A stretch of 63,274 nucleotides of DNA, filler included, from Octopus bimaculoides (GCF_001194135.2; 7 parts of 6 records of this genome joined end to end with filler, not necessarily neighbours in it); one strand, 5' to 3'. Positions 10,521 through 24,600 are shown, numbered from the whole stretch's first letter. The notes: generated from the letters alone by a model not told the origin. Program-made: numbers and translations.

Positions 10521-13340
10521 TCTATATATAAAAGAGAGATTATGTCTGCTTGTCCCATAAACTGAAACTAAAACGAAACACCGTCTCTCTATGATTTTCT
10601 TTCTATGTCTCCTCTATTCTCTCTCCCCATTTATATTCTCTGTTTGTTTGCCTGTCAGTCTCTCTGCCATATTCTGTCTCTTTGTTTGTCCCGCAAAGTG
10701 AAACTAAAACCAGACACCATTTCTCTATGATTTTCTTTCTTCTTTATCTGTCTATTTTCCCTCTCTTTCTTTTTCTTTCTCTTCCTTTCTCCCTTTCTTT
10801 TCCTCCTCTTTCTTTCTCTCTGTCTGTCTGTCTGTCTCTGTTTCTCTCTCTCTCTCTTTCCCTAAAAATAACACACGCACACATCAAACGTTACATTCCA
10901 CTGTCAAAATACCGAAGCGAAAATAAAAGAACATACACACATACATATATATATATGTTTAAGTTATTTAATACCGTGAGTATACTCTCTTTCTGTCTCT
11001 GTCTCTCTTTCTGTCTGTCTCTCTTTTTGTCTCTCCCTCTAGGTCTCCCACTAACTAATAGAGGGGATCTTAACACTCTCTCCACTGAAATAATGAGAGA
11101 AATTTCCTATGATAAGGATGAACTGACCATGTACATAAATGATAATCTTCCCAAGCTTCTACCTGACCAACATTGTGCATATTCCACTGTCATAGAAAGT
11201 ATTAACAATAGCACGAGAGGACTAGATTTCTTAGATGCTCCAGGAAGTACTGGGAAAACATTTGTAATTAAACTCCACCTGGCTAAAGTTTATCAAGAAA
11301 ATAAAATAGCTTTAGCTACTGCTACTTCTGGGATTGCAGCCACATTACTACCCGGAGGTCGGACTTCTCATTCAACATTCAAGTTACCTTTAGATTTATC
11401 TAACAAACAAGATCCAGTTTGTAATATATCTAAAGATTCTGCAATGGGTGAACTAATACAAAGATGTCACTTAATCATCTGGGACAAACACCATTTGAGC
11501 GTGGCCATTGCCAGTACCGCCTGACTGGCCCTTGTACTGGTGGCACATAAAAGCACCCACTACACTCTCTGAGTGGTTGGCGTTAGGAAGAGCATCCAGC
11601 TGTAGAGACTCTGCCAAATCAGATTGGAGCCTGATGTAGCCATCTGGTTTGCCAGTCCTCAGTCAAATCGTCCAACCCAAGCTAGCATGGAAAGCGGACG
11701 TTAAGTGGACGATGATGATGATGATGAATGTACTATGGCCCACAAAAAAGTTTTTGAAGCTGTTGACAGAACATTACAAGACATTAGAAATTGCAATTCC
11801 ATGATGAGAAATGTCACAGTATTATTGTCAGGAAACTTCCGACAAACACTACCAGTTGTTCCAAGATGAACAAAGGTGGATGAGCTCAATGCTTCAATAA
11901 AGCATTCTGTATTACGGCATCATGTGAAAACACTTCAACTTTCAACAAATATGAGATCAAGGCTTTCAAGACATCAACCAGCTGAACTATTTGCAGAGCA
12001 GCTTTTGAAATTCGATGAAGGGAGACTTCCAATTGATGAAGAACAGTTTCTTACACTCAATCCAATGTGTAATTCAACTCATTCCATTGATGATTTAGTG
12101 GCTGAAATCTTTCCAAATTTTCTTCATAATTACAACAATACAGATTGGATCTGTGAGCAGGCTATCCTGGATCCAAAAAATGTTGCAGTACATAGCATTA
12201 ATAATAGGCTATTGAATAAGCTTCCGGGAGAAATATTCACTTATAACTCAACTGACAGTATTGTTGATGATCGAGATAGTGTTAACTACCCCATCAAATT
12301 TTTGAACTTACTAGAACCACCAGGTACAGTTCCTCATTATCTTCAGCTGAAAAAAAAATGACTCCTATTGTGCTATTATGTAATTTGTCCCAACCAAAAT
12401 TATGCAATGGTACAAGATTAATTGTGCACAAACTTGTGAGGAACTGCATTGAGGCAAATATTCTCACTGGTTGTGGTGAAGGTGTCACCGTCTTCATTCC
12501 TCACATACCAGTTATACCATTTAATGTCCCATTCCAGTTTAAATGGTTACAGTTTCCTATCTGAGTTTCTTTTGCCGCGAGCATTAATAAAAGTCAGGGC
12601 CAAGCACTAAAAGTTGCTGGTTTGCAACTTCAAGAACCATACTTCTCACATGGCCAACTTTGTGTAGGAGCATCATGTGTGGGAGCAAAAGCAAATCTTT
12701 TTGCTTATGCACCCCAAAATAAAACAAAAAACATTGTTTACAAAGAAATATTCACTCTTAATGCAACATGAATACTTCAATAGCTTAATTTCCCATTACT
12801 ATCATTACATTCAAGAATGACTAAATTACCTATTTCAATGAACTGTATTATATAATTGCCATTACTGTATTGATAAATATAATAAAAAAATAAAACTCAC
12901 CATTGTCATATAATAAACAAACAGATCAGGATAGTGTCAACTACCTCATTGAATTCTTCAACTCACTACAACCACCGGGTACAGCTCTGTATTGTCTTCA
13001 GTTGAAAAAAGGGACTCCAATTATTCTATTACATATTTTGTCTCAACCAAAATTACGCAATAGTATATGATTAATTGTGCACAAACTTCATTGACACAAA
13101 CATTCTCATTGTTTGAACCCCCGAAATAAAGCAAAAACATTGTTCATAAAGAAATATTTATTCTTAATGCAACATGAATACTTCATTAACTTCATTTACC
13201 ATTACTATTATTACATTCAAGAATGAGTAAATTACCTATTTTAATGAACTGTATTATATAACTGTCATTACTGTATTCATAAATAAAATAACACATACAT
13301 CTCACCTATTATTAAGGCAATGCAGGCACTCACAAACTGG
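10521..13340 (+). mobile_element. Decayed Helitron carrying PIF1-type helicase; Rep domain absent
   Basis: LDAPGSTGKTF (Walker A), ATSGIAATLLPGGRTSHSTFKLP, IIWD/ECTM (Walker B, interrupted), GNFRQTLPVV, LSTNMR, LCNGTRL, SINKSQGQ, FSHGQL. The 5' end TCTATATATAAAAGAGA and a weak 3' end ...CTGG|T are both tentative. Confidence 0.88.
11485..11724 (+). mobile_element. Family D retro-insertion with (GAT)n tail inside the Helitron helicase
   Basis: Sequence matches 42900-43108 and 58830-59070, ends ...CATGGAAAGCGGACGTTAAG...(GAT)n, and splits the codons for W-D-E-C. Confidence 0.88.
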
Positions 13341-13707
13341 TAAGAACAATGTCATTAAATGTTTAAGTTAAGCATTTATAGGTGAATGTTCAGCTTCAAT
13401 ATTTGTTGGTCAATGTTTGCCAGAAAAAAAATTCCAGAGAATTATGTTTGAAAAGAAGTACTGGGAAAAAGAACTGACTGCAGTGTCTGGAAGTAAGACA
13501 TGATGAGTGTGAATATGTGGAGAATAAGACGGATAGAGACAGCATGCTGTTAGCTAATTCAAAAGAGCAGAAGCCATTGTAGCAAGGACAAAAGAAACAA
13601 AGGAATTTGTATATTAGAGAGTTAATGATTGTAATGTGTTGGTGAATAAATCATTGCTATTTGGTTAAATGAACTTCTTTTAGATGCGTTCTAAGGTGTT
13701 TGTAGAG

Positions 13708-13925
13708 GTGCATGGCCTAGTGGTTAGGATGTTGCACTCATGATCATAAGATTATGGTTTTGATTCCTGGACTGGGTGTTGCATTGTGTTCTTGAGCAAA
13801 ACACTTCATTTTATGTTGCTCTAGTCCATTCAGCTCTAAAACAACCTTGTGACAAACTGTCATCCTGTCCAGGTGGGGGATATATACACCACAGAAACTG
13901 GGAAACTGACCTTATAAATCTATAT
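13708..13925 (+). mobile_element. Old, CpG-depleted family C SINE
   Basis: GTGCATGGCCTAGTGGTTAGG head and TGTGTTCTTGAGCAAAACACTT core, diverged relative to the 47651 copy. Confidence 0.65.
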
Positions 13926-16900
13926 GGCTTGGGGAAGGATCATTATCCAATCCTATATATCTAAAGTGTTTATGTATGTCAAATAGCAGTACTGTCACTT
14001 ACATATGAGTTATAAATACTCCAATGTGGATCTTGAGATTTATAGATCTAAGCATATAATAATTGTACTTATATTCTAAACTTTCAAGTGATTGGAGGGC
14101 GGAAAAAAAAACCCTTGATAAGATTTGACCACTACAAGGTTCTGTCTCTTTTACAGTGTAGTGGCTTGTGTGACTCAATGACCCTGAGAGGTATGCCAGC
14201 AGAGTTCAAACTTCTGGTGGGGCCTCCCATATTGGAGAGGTTACAGGACAGAGGTCATACTAATGTGGGCCACCTCTTTTCAGGAGTGAAAATAGGTCTG
14301 TGTAGGGCCAACACCCCTATCTTGAAAAAACAAAGTTACCGAAGCATTGATGGAAAAGGCAACTGCTAAGCATTTTGTCCAACTTTGCTAATGATTCTAT
14401 CAGCCCAATGCCTTATGAACATATTAGGTAATGTATTCCTAGTTAAACTATATAGGTGGTGAGTTGGCAGTTGGAGCAGTGGACAGAGTGTTAGTATTTG
14501 TTCCAGATCTAGGCACTATGAGTTCAAATCTTGCTGGGGTCAACTTTGCTTTTCATTCTTCTGCAATTTGTAATAAAGTATTAGTGAAATATTAAGATAA
14601 ATTCTACATGCTTTCTCTCCTTTCCTCTCTCCCTCTTTCTCTTGGAATCAGTTATAGTGTGTTGTGGGAAGATTCATGGGTGATCACTCCCAGTGCCCAT
14701 TCTCCATAAATGGAGAATTTACCATGACCTAGAAACCCCTTCTAATAGAAAAACTAATGAACTACAGGAATCATCTAATTATAGACTCATGTGCAATACA
14801 ACATGGAAGAGAAATAAAGAAGAACATAAGAATTTAGCCAAAAAAAAAACCCCAAAAAAAACAAAAACAAAAAACATACACTAACTGTTATAAATGTATC
14901 TGATTTATGAAAAAAATATTGTTTTACAATATATAGAATGTGAAGTCCCCAGTGATATCTCAATTTTAAATGGATTATGAAACATAGCTCATTGATATGA
15001 TCTATTTGGAGATCATATTAAAATTTATTTGTTTACCCTACATGGATGTAGGATATATTAGAAATAATCTTAGTTTTCTATTATATTCCATTCAATTCTA
15101 GGATACTTGATAGGAATTACACTTGACTATAATATTTGAATAGCACTTTATTTTATCAACTCTGGAGAAAAGCAATGACAAAATTGATTTTTGCAAAGTT
15201 TAAACTCAGAATTTCAGGGTATAACTAAATATGGCAAGCATTTTATCTGAAATTCTAATGATTCTACCAAATTGTAGCCAAATTTTCCCCAAACTACACT
15301 GCCACTTTTTGAAAAAAGACAAACTGGATAATGTAGAAAAAACTGGCAGATGCTGCACTTATTGATAGTTTACTCTGCACTACTTTATTTTTCATTTACT
15401 GTTGAACTTGCTACAACACATAACTTGACCAGTCATGTTAACACCACCAGCCATTTTCATCAAACATCTCATGAAGGAAACAAATTATGCTTTCTATGCT
15501 CTTTCTTTCACCCATTTATCCTCTTCCCTTTATACAACCCTACACTGGTCATTGTCTACACAGAGAAATTTACTCATTTCAGTGCATCTAGCACAGCATT
15601 TTCAGCTTATTGTACTTGCTATACTCCCAACCATTATCCCTGATTCCAGCACCAGCCACTCTTAGTTTCTGTGCTTCCTTCAAGGCAAATCACCAGTAAT
15701 CTTCTTCTTGTCTCTTGAATTGAGAATAACAGTTTTTCTTAGCTTCATTCAATGAAAATTGATTGATACAGCTAACTATATATTCAAACTCACTTAAATA
15801 TGCATTCACAGGTATTTTCAATCCAATACTGCACTGCTTTCTGAAGCACCTGAGTATGTATGCAATTCAGTAGCACTCAGTATTTAAACTCACTTGAATG
15901 TATGCTATCTGGTATTGCACCATATTCAGACACTAAAATTTGTATGCAATTTTGTATTGCACTGTATTCAAATTCACTTGAATAACACTTATACTGACAC
16001 ATACAACAGTCCAGTTTTTCTTGCCAGATACCTAGAATGCTTATTTGTGGCCTAGCATCACATTTATTTTTCAATGTACAACATTCCATGTATACATTAA
16101 AAACTACATTATTATTGTTATATCTGTTGTTTATATGCCATTTCTCACCAGAATACATCAATGTCAGTACACTTAGATCTTGATTTCTATCATTGTTACA
16201 TAACCATTTCTCTGATGAGGTAGGAATGTAACAGGTGTATACTTTGAGTTTATTTGTAACTTGTGTCTGATCAGTAAATTCTATGTAAACAACAGCCAGA
16301 CTTTTGAGGAATGATGTCACCACAGATTTGACCTATCAGATTTACTATGGAGTTTATAAAAAGTGACCGTTGAAAGAACTGTATGGTAGTGACAGACAGG
16401 AGACCAGATTAGAGTCATGCATTCATGTCAGGTGCTAATCAATATCAGCTGATGCCAACAACCAGACCCACTAAATATGAAGAGCCTGTAATATGAACAT
16501 TTTAACTCCTACTAGCTTAAGCATTACATTATGGCAGCTGACCCTACTTCCATTTACTCACCTCTCTCTCTCTCTCTCACTCCCTCTATATCTCTTTCAC
16601 CTACATATAACTATAGAACCTGTCCAACTGCTTGGAAAAACTTTCTGTCATTACTCTGACATTCTTCATTGGATGGTTGTGTCCAATACAACTTTTAACA
16701 ATAAACATGTGACTTGACTTCTCTCATTCGTTCATCTAGATATCCATTTATCGCATTGTTACATGGGTGACCAATCTTCTTATTGTTAAATTAGTGATCA
16801 TATCATCCATATGTTACAATAGTATTGTTCTTGGATCTTTTTGGTTTGACGGGCAACATTTTTCATTTATGTTTTATGTAGTGTTTTTGGTACCGAAACA

Positions 16901-17988
16901 CTTTCAAACTTTGTATACTTGTATATTTTGTGTTATAGAACAGATAAAAAATTTTGTATTCGAAGTTATTTCATGTTAAAAATTGTCTTATTTCGATAAT
17001 TTCAACCAATCACTGACGTCTATTCAGTTGAATACAGTTACTGCTGTGGCGGTGTATATGGTATTAATCCCTTGTTGACATATTTCAGCCGGTTTTTCGG
17101 TTTGTTTTCTTTTGAAGCAGACAAAATTACAGAAAAATGGTAATTTACACGCATATATTGTTTATATAATAAATCACGCTGTGCGTATCTGTGTTTGTAA
17201 CAATTTTTCGCTAGTACTCAGTAACACATTTTCTAAATGATGGTAGAGATTGATTTGAAGAAGATTTGGCTGCTATTATGCTTGAATTACACTATTCTAC
17301 TTGTTTCAGTTGATTGAATAATAGCTAATAAGGGGAAAAAGCCATCAAAATACTTGAATATTGCCTGCACTTGTTATTGGAGCTGGCAGAATTATTAATG
17401 CACCTCCACCAAGTGCTTCATTTCCTAGAAATAGCAGCCAAATCTTCTTCAAATAAAAAAATGACGATAGCGTAACAACGGCAAACAGGATAAAACACGA
17501 TAGAAGGATCATTCGCAGCCAATTACCTCTTCAGTCGGAGTCTGGAATGTCTACGTAGTCTCGCCCACTTATCTCCGATACTACTCAAAACCGGCGTGGC
17601 CAGGGACTTAAACTAAAAGCATTAAGCCTCTGGGCAAGGCAAACAGATGTACATATACATGAAAAAACAAGTAAACAACAGAAAGGATCTTTCGCCTATC
17701 GGAACGAATTTAACACACAAAATAGAATTATATAATGGACAAACGCCTTTAAGCTATACAACAAAAGGAGAATTATTATACAATTACAACAACAATAAAA
17801 GAAAACAAACAAGGTCTTTCGATTATCAGACGAGTGCAGTAAGTTAGCACAAGGAAAAGAAAAATGGAAAAGTCATAACAGACTAGGTAGCAGGACAGAA
17901 CAGATGCGAATGACCTCAAAGGAGGCCAGCCCAAAAAGGACGACAACGCCTGAACCGGGCAGTGATCATGTGGTTGGGAGGGGAGCAG

Positions 17989-17989
<1 letters not shown>

Positions 17990-18029
<40 letters not shown>

Positions 18030-18416
18030 CGAGAGAGAGAGGAGCGTGAGAGAGAGAGGAGCAAGAGAGAGAGAAGCGAGAGAGAAAGAAGAGCGAGAGA
18101 GAGAGGAGCGAGAGAGAGAGAGAGAGTGAGAGGAGCGAGAGAGAGAGGAGTGAGAGAGAGGAGCGAGAGTGAGAAGAGTGATAGAGAAAGAGAGGAGGAA
18201 GAGAGACAGGAGCGAGAGAAAGAGAAGGAAGAGGGAGAGGAGGGAGAGAGAGAGAGGAGGGAGAGAGAAAGAGGAGCAAGAGAGAGAAAGAGAGAGGAGC
18301 GAGTGAGAGAGAGAGAGAGGAGCGAGAGAGAGAGAGGAGCAAGAAAGAGAGGAGAGAGGAGCAAGAGAGAGAAGAGCGAGAGAGAGATAGAGAGTGAAAG
18401 GGAGAGAGCGAAAGAC

Positions 18417-18447
<31 letters not shown>

Positions 18448-19035
18448 AAACGAGAGGGATAGAGAGACAGAGATGGTGCGAGAGAGAGAGAGAAGAGCGA
18501 AAGAGAGAGCGGAGCGGCAGAGAGAGAGAGGGAGAGAAAAGCGAGAGAGAGAGGAGCAAGAGAGAGAGTAGCGAGAGGGAGAGTAGCGAGAGAGAGAAAA
18601 GAGAGAAAAATTTTCACCAAAATTTTCAACAAAAATTTTCACCAAAAATTTTCATAAAAAATTTTCATAAAAAATTTTCATAAAAAATTTTCATAAAAAA
18701 TTTTCACCAAAACTTTTCATCAAAATTTTCACCAAAAATTTTCAGCAAATTTTTCATATCTCTGTCTGTCTGTCTCTCTCTCTCCCACTATCTCTCTCTC
18801 TCTCTGTCTCTCTCTCCCTCTCTCTGTCGATTTATCTCTGTCTCTCTCTTTCGCTCTCTCACTCTCTCTCTCTCTCTCTCCCGCTTTATCTTTGTCTCTC
18901 TCCCTCAGTCTCTCTCTCATTCTCTCACTCACTGTCTCAATCTCTCTCTGTCTCATTCTCTCACTCTATACCTGTCTGTCTGTCTGTCTCTCTCTCTCTC
19001 CCTCCCTCACTCGCTATCTATCTATCTATCTCTAT
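17990..19035. repeat. GA-rich arm / AAAATTTTCA minisatellite / TC-rich arm
   Basis: About 610 bp purine tract, about 12 units of (A)AAAATTTTCAY(C) at 18606-18757, then about 280 bp pyrimidine tract. Confidence 0.9.
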
Positions 19036-20918
19036 GGACGGACGGTAGACGTGTCGGCTACGTAAGTTTTGTCTTTTTTTATGCTTTAAAAAGTTTGTTT
19101 GTAAGGTTAATTTTATATAGAAAGTTGTACAACAACTTATAGACTCTGTAGTGTAAGTCTTTTGCAACGGAAATCTGCCCTGTGTGGCACATTTCCAGGT
19201 TTTAAAAATTAATTTCGGCTTTCTAGCCATTTTTATTTTGGNNNNNNNNNNNNNNNNNNNNNNNNNNNNNNNNNNNNNNNNNNNNTTAATTAATTAANNN
19301 NNNNNNNNNNNNNNNNNNNNNNNNNNNNNNNNNNNNNNNNNATATATATATATATATATATATATATAGGCTTCTTTATGTAATAATAATTTCAGTGTGT
19401 AATAAATAATGTTTACATAATTTATTATACACGGAAATTGTTATTATTACGTGATGAAAGCTGCAAAATGACCGTAATCCCAAGGATGAGAAGTGCTTAA
19501 ATAAATATACTCTGCTCTCATACCTCCTAGATTGTTATGGTTTATACATACATATGCACATACACGCATGCATGCATACATAAATACATACACATATACA
19601 TACATATATACATACATAAATACATACATACATACGGCACTGGACATATACAGTCGCACGCTTGACGTGGGAGGCTATCACTGTGTCTAAGATGGATACC
19701 ATCTTCAACATTACAACCACACACATACACACACACACTCTCTCTTTCTCTCATATATATACATAAAAGAATGCAAAAAAAAATGGGACAAAAACGCAAC
19801 AGGCGACAAGACATCCAGACAGCTAGAAGATACAAAAAGGGACAAGAAAAAACAAGGACGAGTCATTCGGAGTCCTCTTTCGTCAGTCGAGCTCCAGATT
19901 ATCTTTGCAGTTTCTGCTGGCTATACTCAATATGTTTGTATGAGCGAATGAACACACGCCACGCAGCTCGCGCGAGTGCGTTTATAAATCCATATCCGTA
20001 AAAGATTATTTTCAATACTTTTCTCGCTGTATTGCGTGTTCATTTCTTTTTTGTACCTGTGATTTTATTTTTGATCTTCTATATAAATGAAGATATGTCC
20101 TTCGTTTTGCTGCTTTTCTTTCTACGAAATGAGAAGATACATTGCGGAACTGTTATCTTAACGAGTCGCATTTATTTATCGCCCGATGAATAAACTTTAC
20201 ACCACCCGATGCTCCTGAACCAGTATATATAAATATATACATGCACAAATACATGCATATGTATTTATGCATATAAATACATGCATATCTCGCTTCTATC
20301 TTCTGTTTTTACTTGTTTCAAACTATAAGTTGTAGACATGCTGAGCCATCGCCATTGCTGTTAATACGCTTTTACGGATCGTTGGTAAATGAGGGAGTTC
20401 GAAGTTGCTACCTTCAGTTGTATTTCTTACCGCGAAGTAGGTTTGACTGAATTTTACAGGTCGATCTCACTTAAGTTACATTAAGTCGTCGCTTTGAAGC
20501 ATATGACATGTAGGTGGGGGTGAGAAATTAAAGTCCTTTGACACGAAGAATTTTGCTTTTAGAAAGGTCACTGTTTGGATCAATTTATATTTCATTCACA
20601 TTATATATCTCTTTTCCTTCACACTCTCGCTTCCGCGTCCTCTCCCTCCTCTTCTGTCTCCTACCGTTTCTAGTTCTCCTCCCCTTCGCTCACGTCCTCA
20701 TACCATCACTCTTTCTCTCCCTGCCACTTTCTCCCCCCCCCCACTCCTCTTTTACCCTATACCCACTACGTCATCAAGTATACGCCTTTCTGTCTACAAG
20801 CTTCTGGTATTTAATTAAGTTCAATGTATAAAATTAAGTTGATTTAGACAACTCGACCAGACAATGTTGCCTAGCGGCAACAACGACGGCTACGAAAGCA
20901 GACGCAGCAGCAGCAACT

Positions 20919-20950
<32 letters not shown>

Positions 20951-22150
20951 AGTGGTAGTGGTTGTGGTAGTGGTGGTAGTGGTGGCACATGTGGGTTGAC
21001 TCTGACGAAACAAACGTGTAACACACGTATGTGCATTTGTGTTTATGCGTTATAAGTTATATATACAGATAGATTAGAAACGGGTATTCTTAGTATAGAA
21101 TACACCTCGTAGCGCTCAAGAGATCTGAACTTGTCTCCTCCTAGGTATGTATATATATATATATATATATATNNNNNNNNNNNNNNNNNNNNNNNNNNNN
21201 NNNNNNNNNNNNNNNNNNNNNNNNNNNNNNNNNNNNNNNNNNNNNNNNATATATTTCAAGACTGACAGATGCCTATTATTACTGCTGTATATATAAATCT
21301 GTAACACACACACGTGTGTGCGTGTGCGTGTGTGTCTAAACAAACACGTGTGTGTCTAAACAAACACGTGTGTGTGTGTCTTTATGCGTGTTACAAGTTT
21401 GTCCCGTCGGAGCCAACCCTCATGTGCCACCACTACCACCACCACCAGTACCGTCACTATTTCTACTACTACTACTACTACTACTACTGCTGCTGCTGCC
21501 GCCGCACCTGTTACTGTGCCGCAAGGCAACATTGTCTGGTCTAGTTTTCTAAATCAACTTAATTATATNNNNNNNNNNNNNNNNNNNNNNNNNNNNNNNN
21601 NNNNNNNNNNNNNNNNNNNNNNNNNNNNNNNNNNNNNNNNNNNNNNNNNNNNNNNNNNNNNNNNNNNNNNNNNNNNNNNNNNNNNNNNNNNNNNNNNNNN
21701 NNNNNNNNNNNNNNNNNNNNNNNNNNNNNNNNNNNNNNNNNNNNNNNNNNNNNNNNNNNNNNNNNNNNNNNNNNNNNNNNNNNNNNNNNNNNNNNNNNNN
21801 NNNNNNNNNNNNNNNNNNNNNNNNNNNNNNNNNNNNNNNNNNNNNNNNNNNNNNNNNNNNNNNNNNNNNNNNNNNNNNNNNNNNNNNNNNNNNNNNNNNN
21901 NNNNNNNNNNNNNNNNNNNNNNNNNNNNNNNNNNNNNNNNNNNNNNNNNNNNNNNNNNNNNNNNNNNNNNNNNNNNNNNNNNNNNNNNNNNNNNNNTATA
22001 AGCTGGAGGTTATCCGGTTCACAAGTCTTTAAATGTTTCTAGTGATTGTCTTCTTTGCTTTTCACAGAGAAGACAGAGAAATATCAATGCCGCCGCCACC
22101 ACCACCATTTCGACCCTCCTACTCTCTCACTCTTTTCTCCTATTTATATT

Positions 22151-22189
<39 letters not shown>

Positions 22190-22458
22190 CCCGCTTTAAC
22201 TATGTGTCTCTCTTTCCCCCTCCCTCTCTCTCTCTCATACACACACGCTTTTCCCTCTATTTTGTAATTTACTAACTAACACCAGACTGCTTACACAATA
22301 GGCCTGATTATATACACTTTGACACACACACACATATACACATATACACATACACACACACACATGCACACATATACACATAGGAGCTTTATATGTGAAG
22401 TGTAAGTCTGTAGGCGTGTGTTTTGTTGTGACTACATGGCATATTTACGATATATATA

Positions 22459-22549
<91 letters not shown>

Positions 22550-24559
22550 CGTCTGTGCAATATATAGGCATATGGGCGATTTTTCGGTATTGGTATACAG
22601 TGTCGGTATGAGGCGGAGACGTCATTCACCCCCCTTTTCGATCTTAGCCTCTTTATCTGTGTCATGAGGGAAGAGATTGTATGGGTTAATGATGTCATCT
22701 ACCAATACCGAAGGATTACCAGTATACGTATAAATGTGTGTGTGTGTGAATGTAATCAATTTGTAACTACATACACACACATACAATACACAACCACTAA
22801 TCCGGCATCGTTGGGACCTGGAGAGTGCTGGATTAGTGATTTTGTCGGATTATCGATTAAGTATGGTAGGTTAGGTTAGGTTAGGTGAAACCCCCTGTAA
22901 ATCAGTACAAGTTGTAATAAATATATATAGCCACACATATATACACACACGTACACCACATATTCCAGACGATCTTGACTATGTTGGACTAGCTGTCTGC
23001 ACTCTGTTTCTATATGGCATCCATTGAGCAATGTCTCTCTAACTCTTTGTCTGTCTTTCAATCATTCTGTTTTTATATATACATACATGCATACAAACAT
23101 ACATACACACACACATACACATGTGTACATACATGCATGCATACAAACATATATACATACATACATACGTATCTACATAAATACATGCACACATTTAAGT
23201 TTGTATGGATGTACGACATATTGCATGCATACATTTAATATGGCTACCATGTAGAGAATCTTCAAGTTGGCATTCTCGCTTCGATAACTTCTTTATTTCT
23301 TTCTTAATTAATTAATTTATTTATTTATTTATCATTGTCTTTGCTCATCTCTTGCTACTCCCCACGCCAAATCGTCACGATTATCTAATTAACACTTTCC
23401 GTTTTATCCGGCTATCAATTTAATACTTTTTCTGGTAATCTACATGCCATTCTGATCTACAGCAACTTCAATCTAGGCTAGCTTGTGATGATCTAACATT
23501 CAAAATTTGGTTATAAATTTGTGATTATACACCTCATTTTTCTTCGTTTTTTTCCGCCATTGGCATTGCTTTCACTTTCGATTTTCTCTTAGAATCAACA
23601 AACATGTTCAAATTTGTGCTAAAGTCTAAAATTACTACTACTATTACTACCACTGCTGTTGCTGCTGCTGCTGCTACTACCGTTGCTACAACCATTAATA
23701 TCTCTTTTATTCATTTGCTTTCAAGTTGAAAGTGCCCTCAAAAGTATCCTTTTGTTAATGTCACGAAGAAAGCAAATGGTTGTCATAATAAAAGGTGGAA
23801 AAGTCTTAAGAAACCACGGAGAGAACGATCATTTATTGGTGTTTACCATACCTTACCTGTTACTAATTACTTTTCTCTCTCTCCCTGTTTCCTCTTTCTT
23901 TCTCTTTCTCTTTCTCCCATTACACTCAATGTCATTGACCAAAGTGTGTAAGTATGTATCGATATATATATGTGTGTATATATATATGTGTGTGTGTGTA
24001 TCCATGTATATATATATATATGTGTATGCTGGGAGTGTGCGTGTAATATAGATACACCTATATACACACACGCGCACGTATGACCTTGTCCATCGTGTGT
24101 CCTCTTTTTATGTTTCATTGTATTTACACTATGTGTGTATGTATATATGTATGCATGTATGTGTATGTGTAAGTATTCCGTATCTATGCGTGTGTCTATA
24201 ATTGTAACTATATAGGTGGCTGTACAAATTATATATATATATTTGTATGTGCAGCGCAGTGTGAACAGCTATAAATCAAATCCGATAATCTTGTCAATAT
24301 CGTTATGCTGTGATATATCTAGTTATATATATGTGAACACATACATACATACATACATACATACAAACGCCGGTGTTTTAATGGTGCCAGCTGATGAAGG
24401 AGATGTTTCTATGTGGCTTGCTTGTTTGTTGTACCTTGTTTATCATTTTGTCCATGTTCTTTTGCCACGTCATGTACCCAGTTATGTATCTACGTGTACA
24501 TGTAGATGAAGGTATGTACATACATGTACATATATATGCATATACTCATATATTGTTTG

Positions 24560-24600
<41 letters not shown>

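Noticed and set aside
16212-16270. CTGATGA...CTGA as a C/D snoRNA
   Set aside because: The C box lacks the leading purine, and I see no terminal stem or recognisable rRNA guide.
15877-16323. 148-aa minus-strand ORF
   Set aside because: No recognisable motif or splice context; it partly overlaps a degenerate ~40-bp repeat.
17904-18683. 259-aa Arg/Glu-rich ORF and 289-aa Leu/Ser-rich antisense ORFs
   Set aside because: By-products of the GA/TC tract, which lacks stop codons.
22871-22885. (TTAGG)3 telomere-like repeat
   Set aside because: Only three units; the mollusc telomere repeat is TTAGGG, and such runs are common in TEs.
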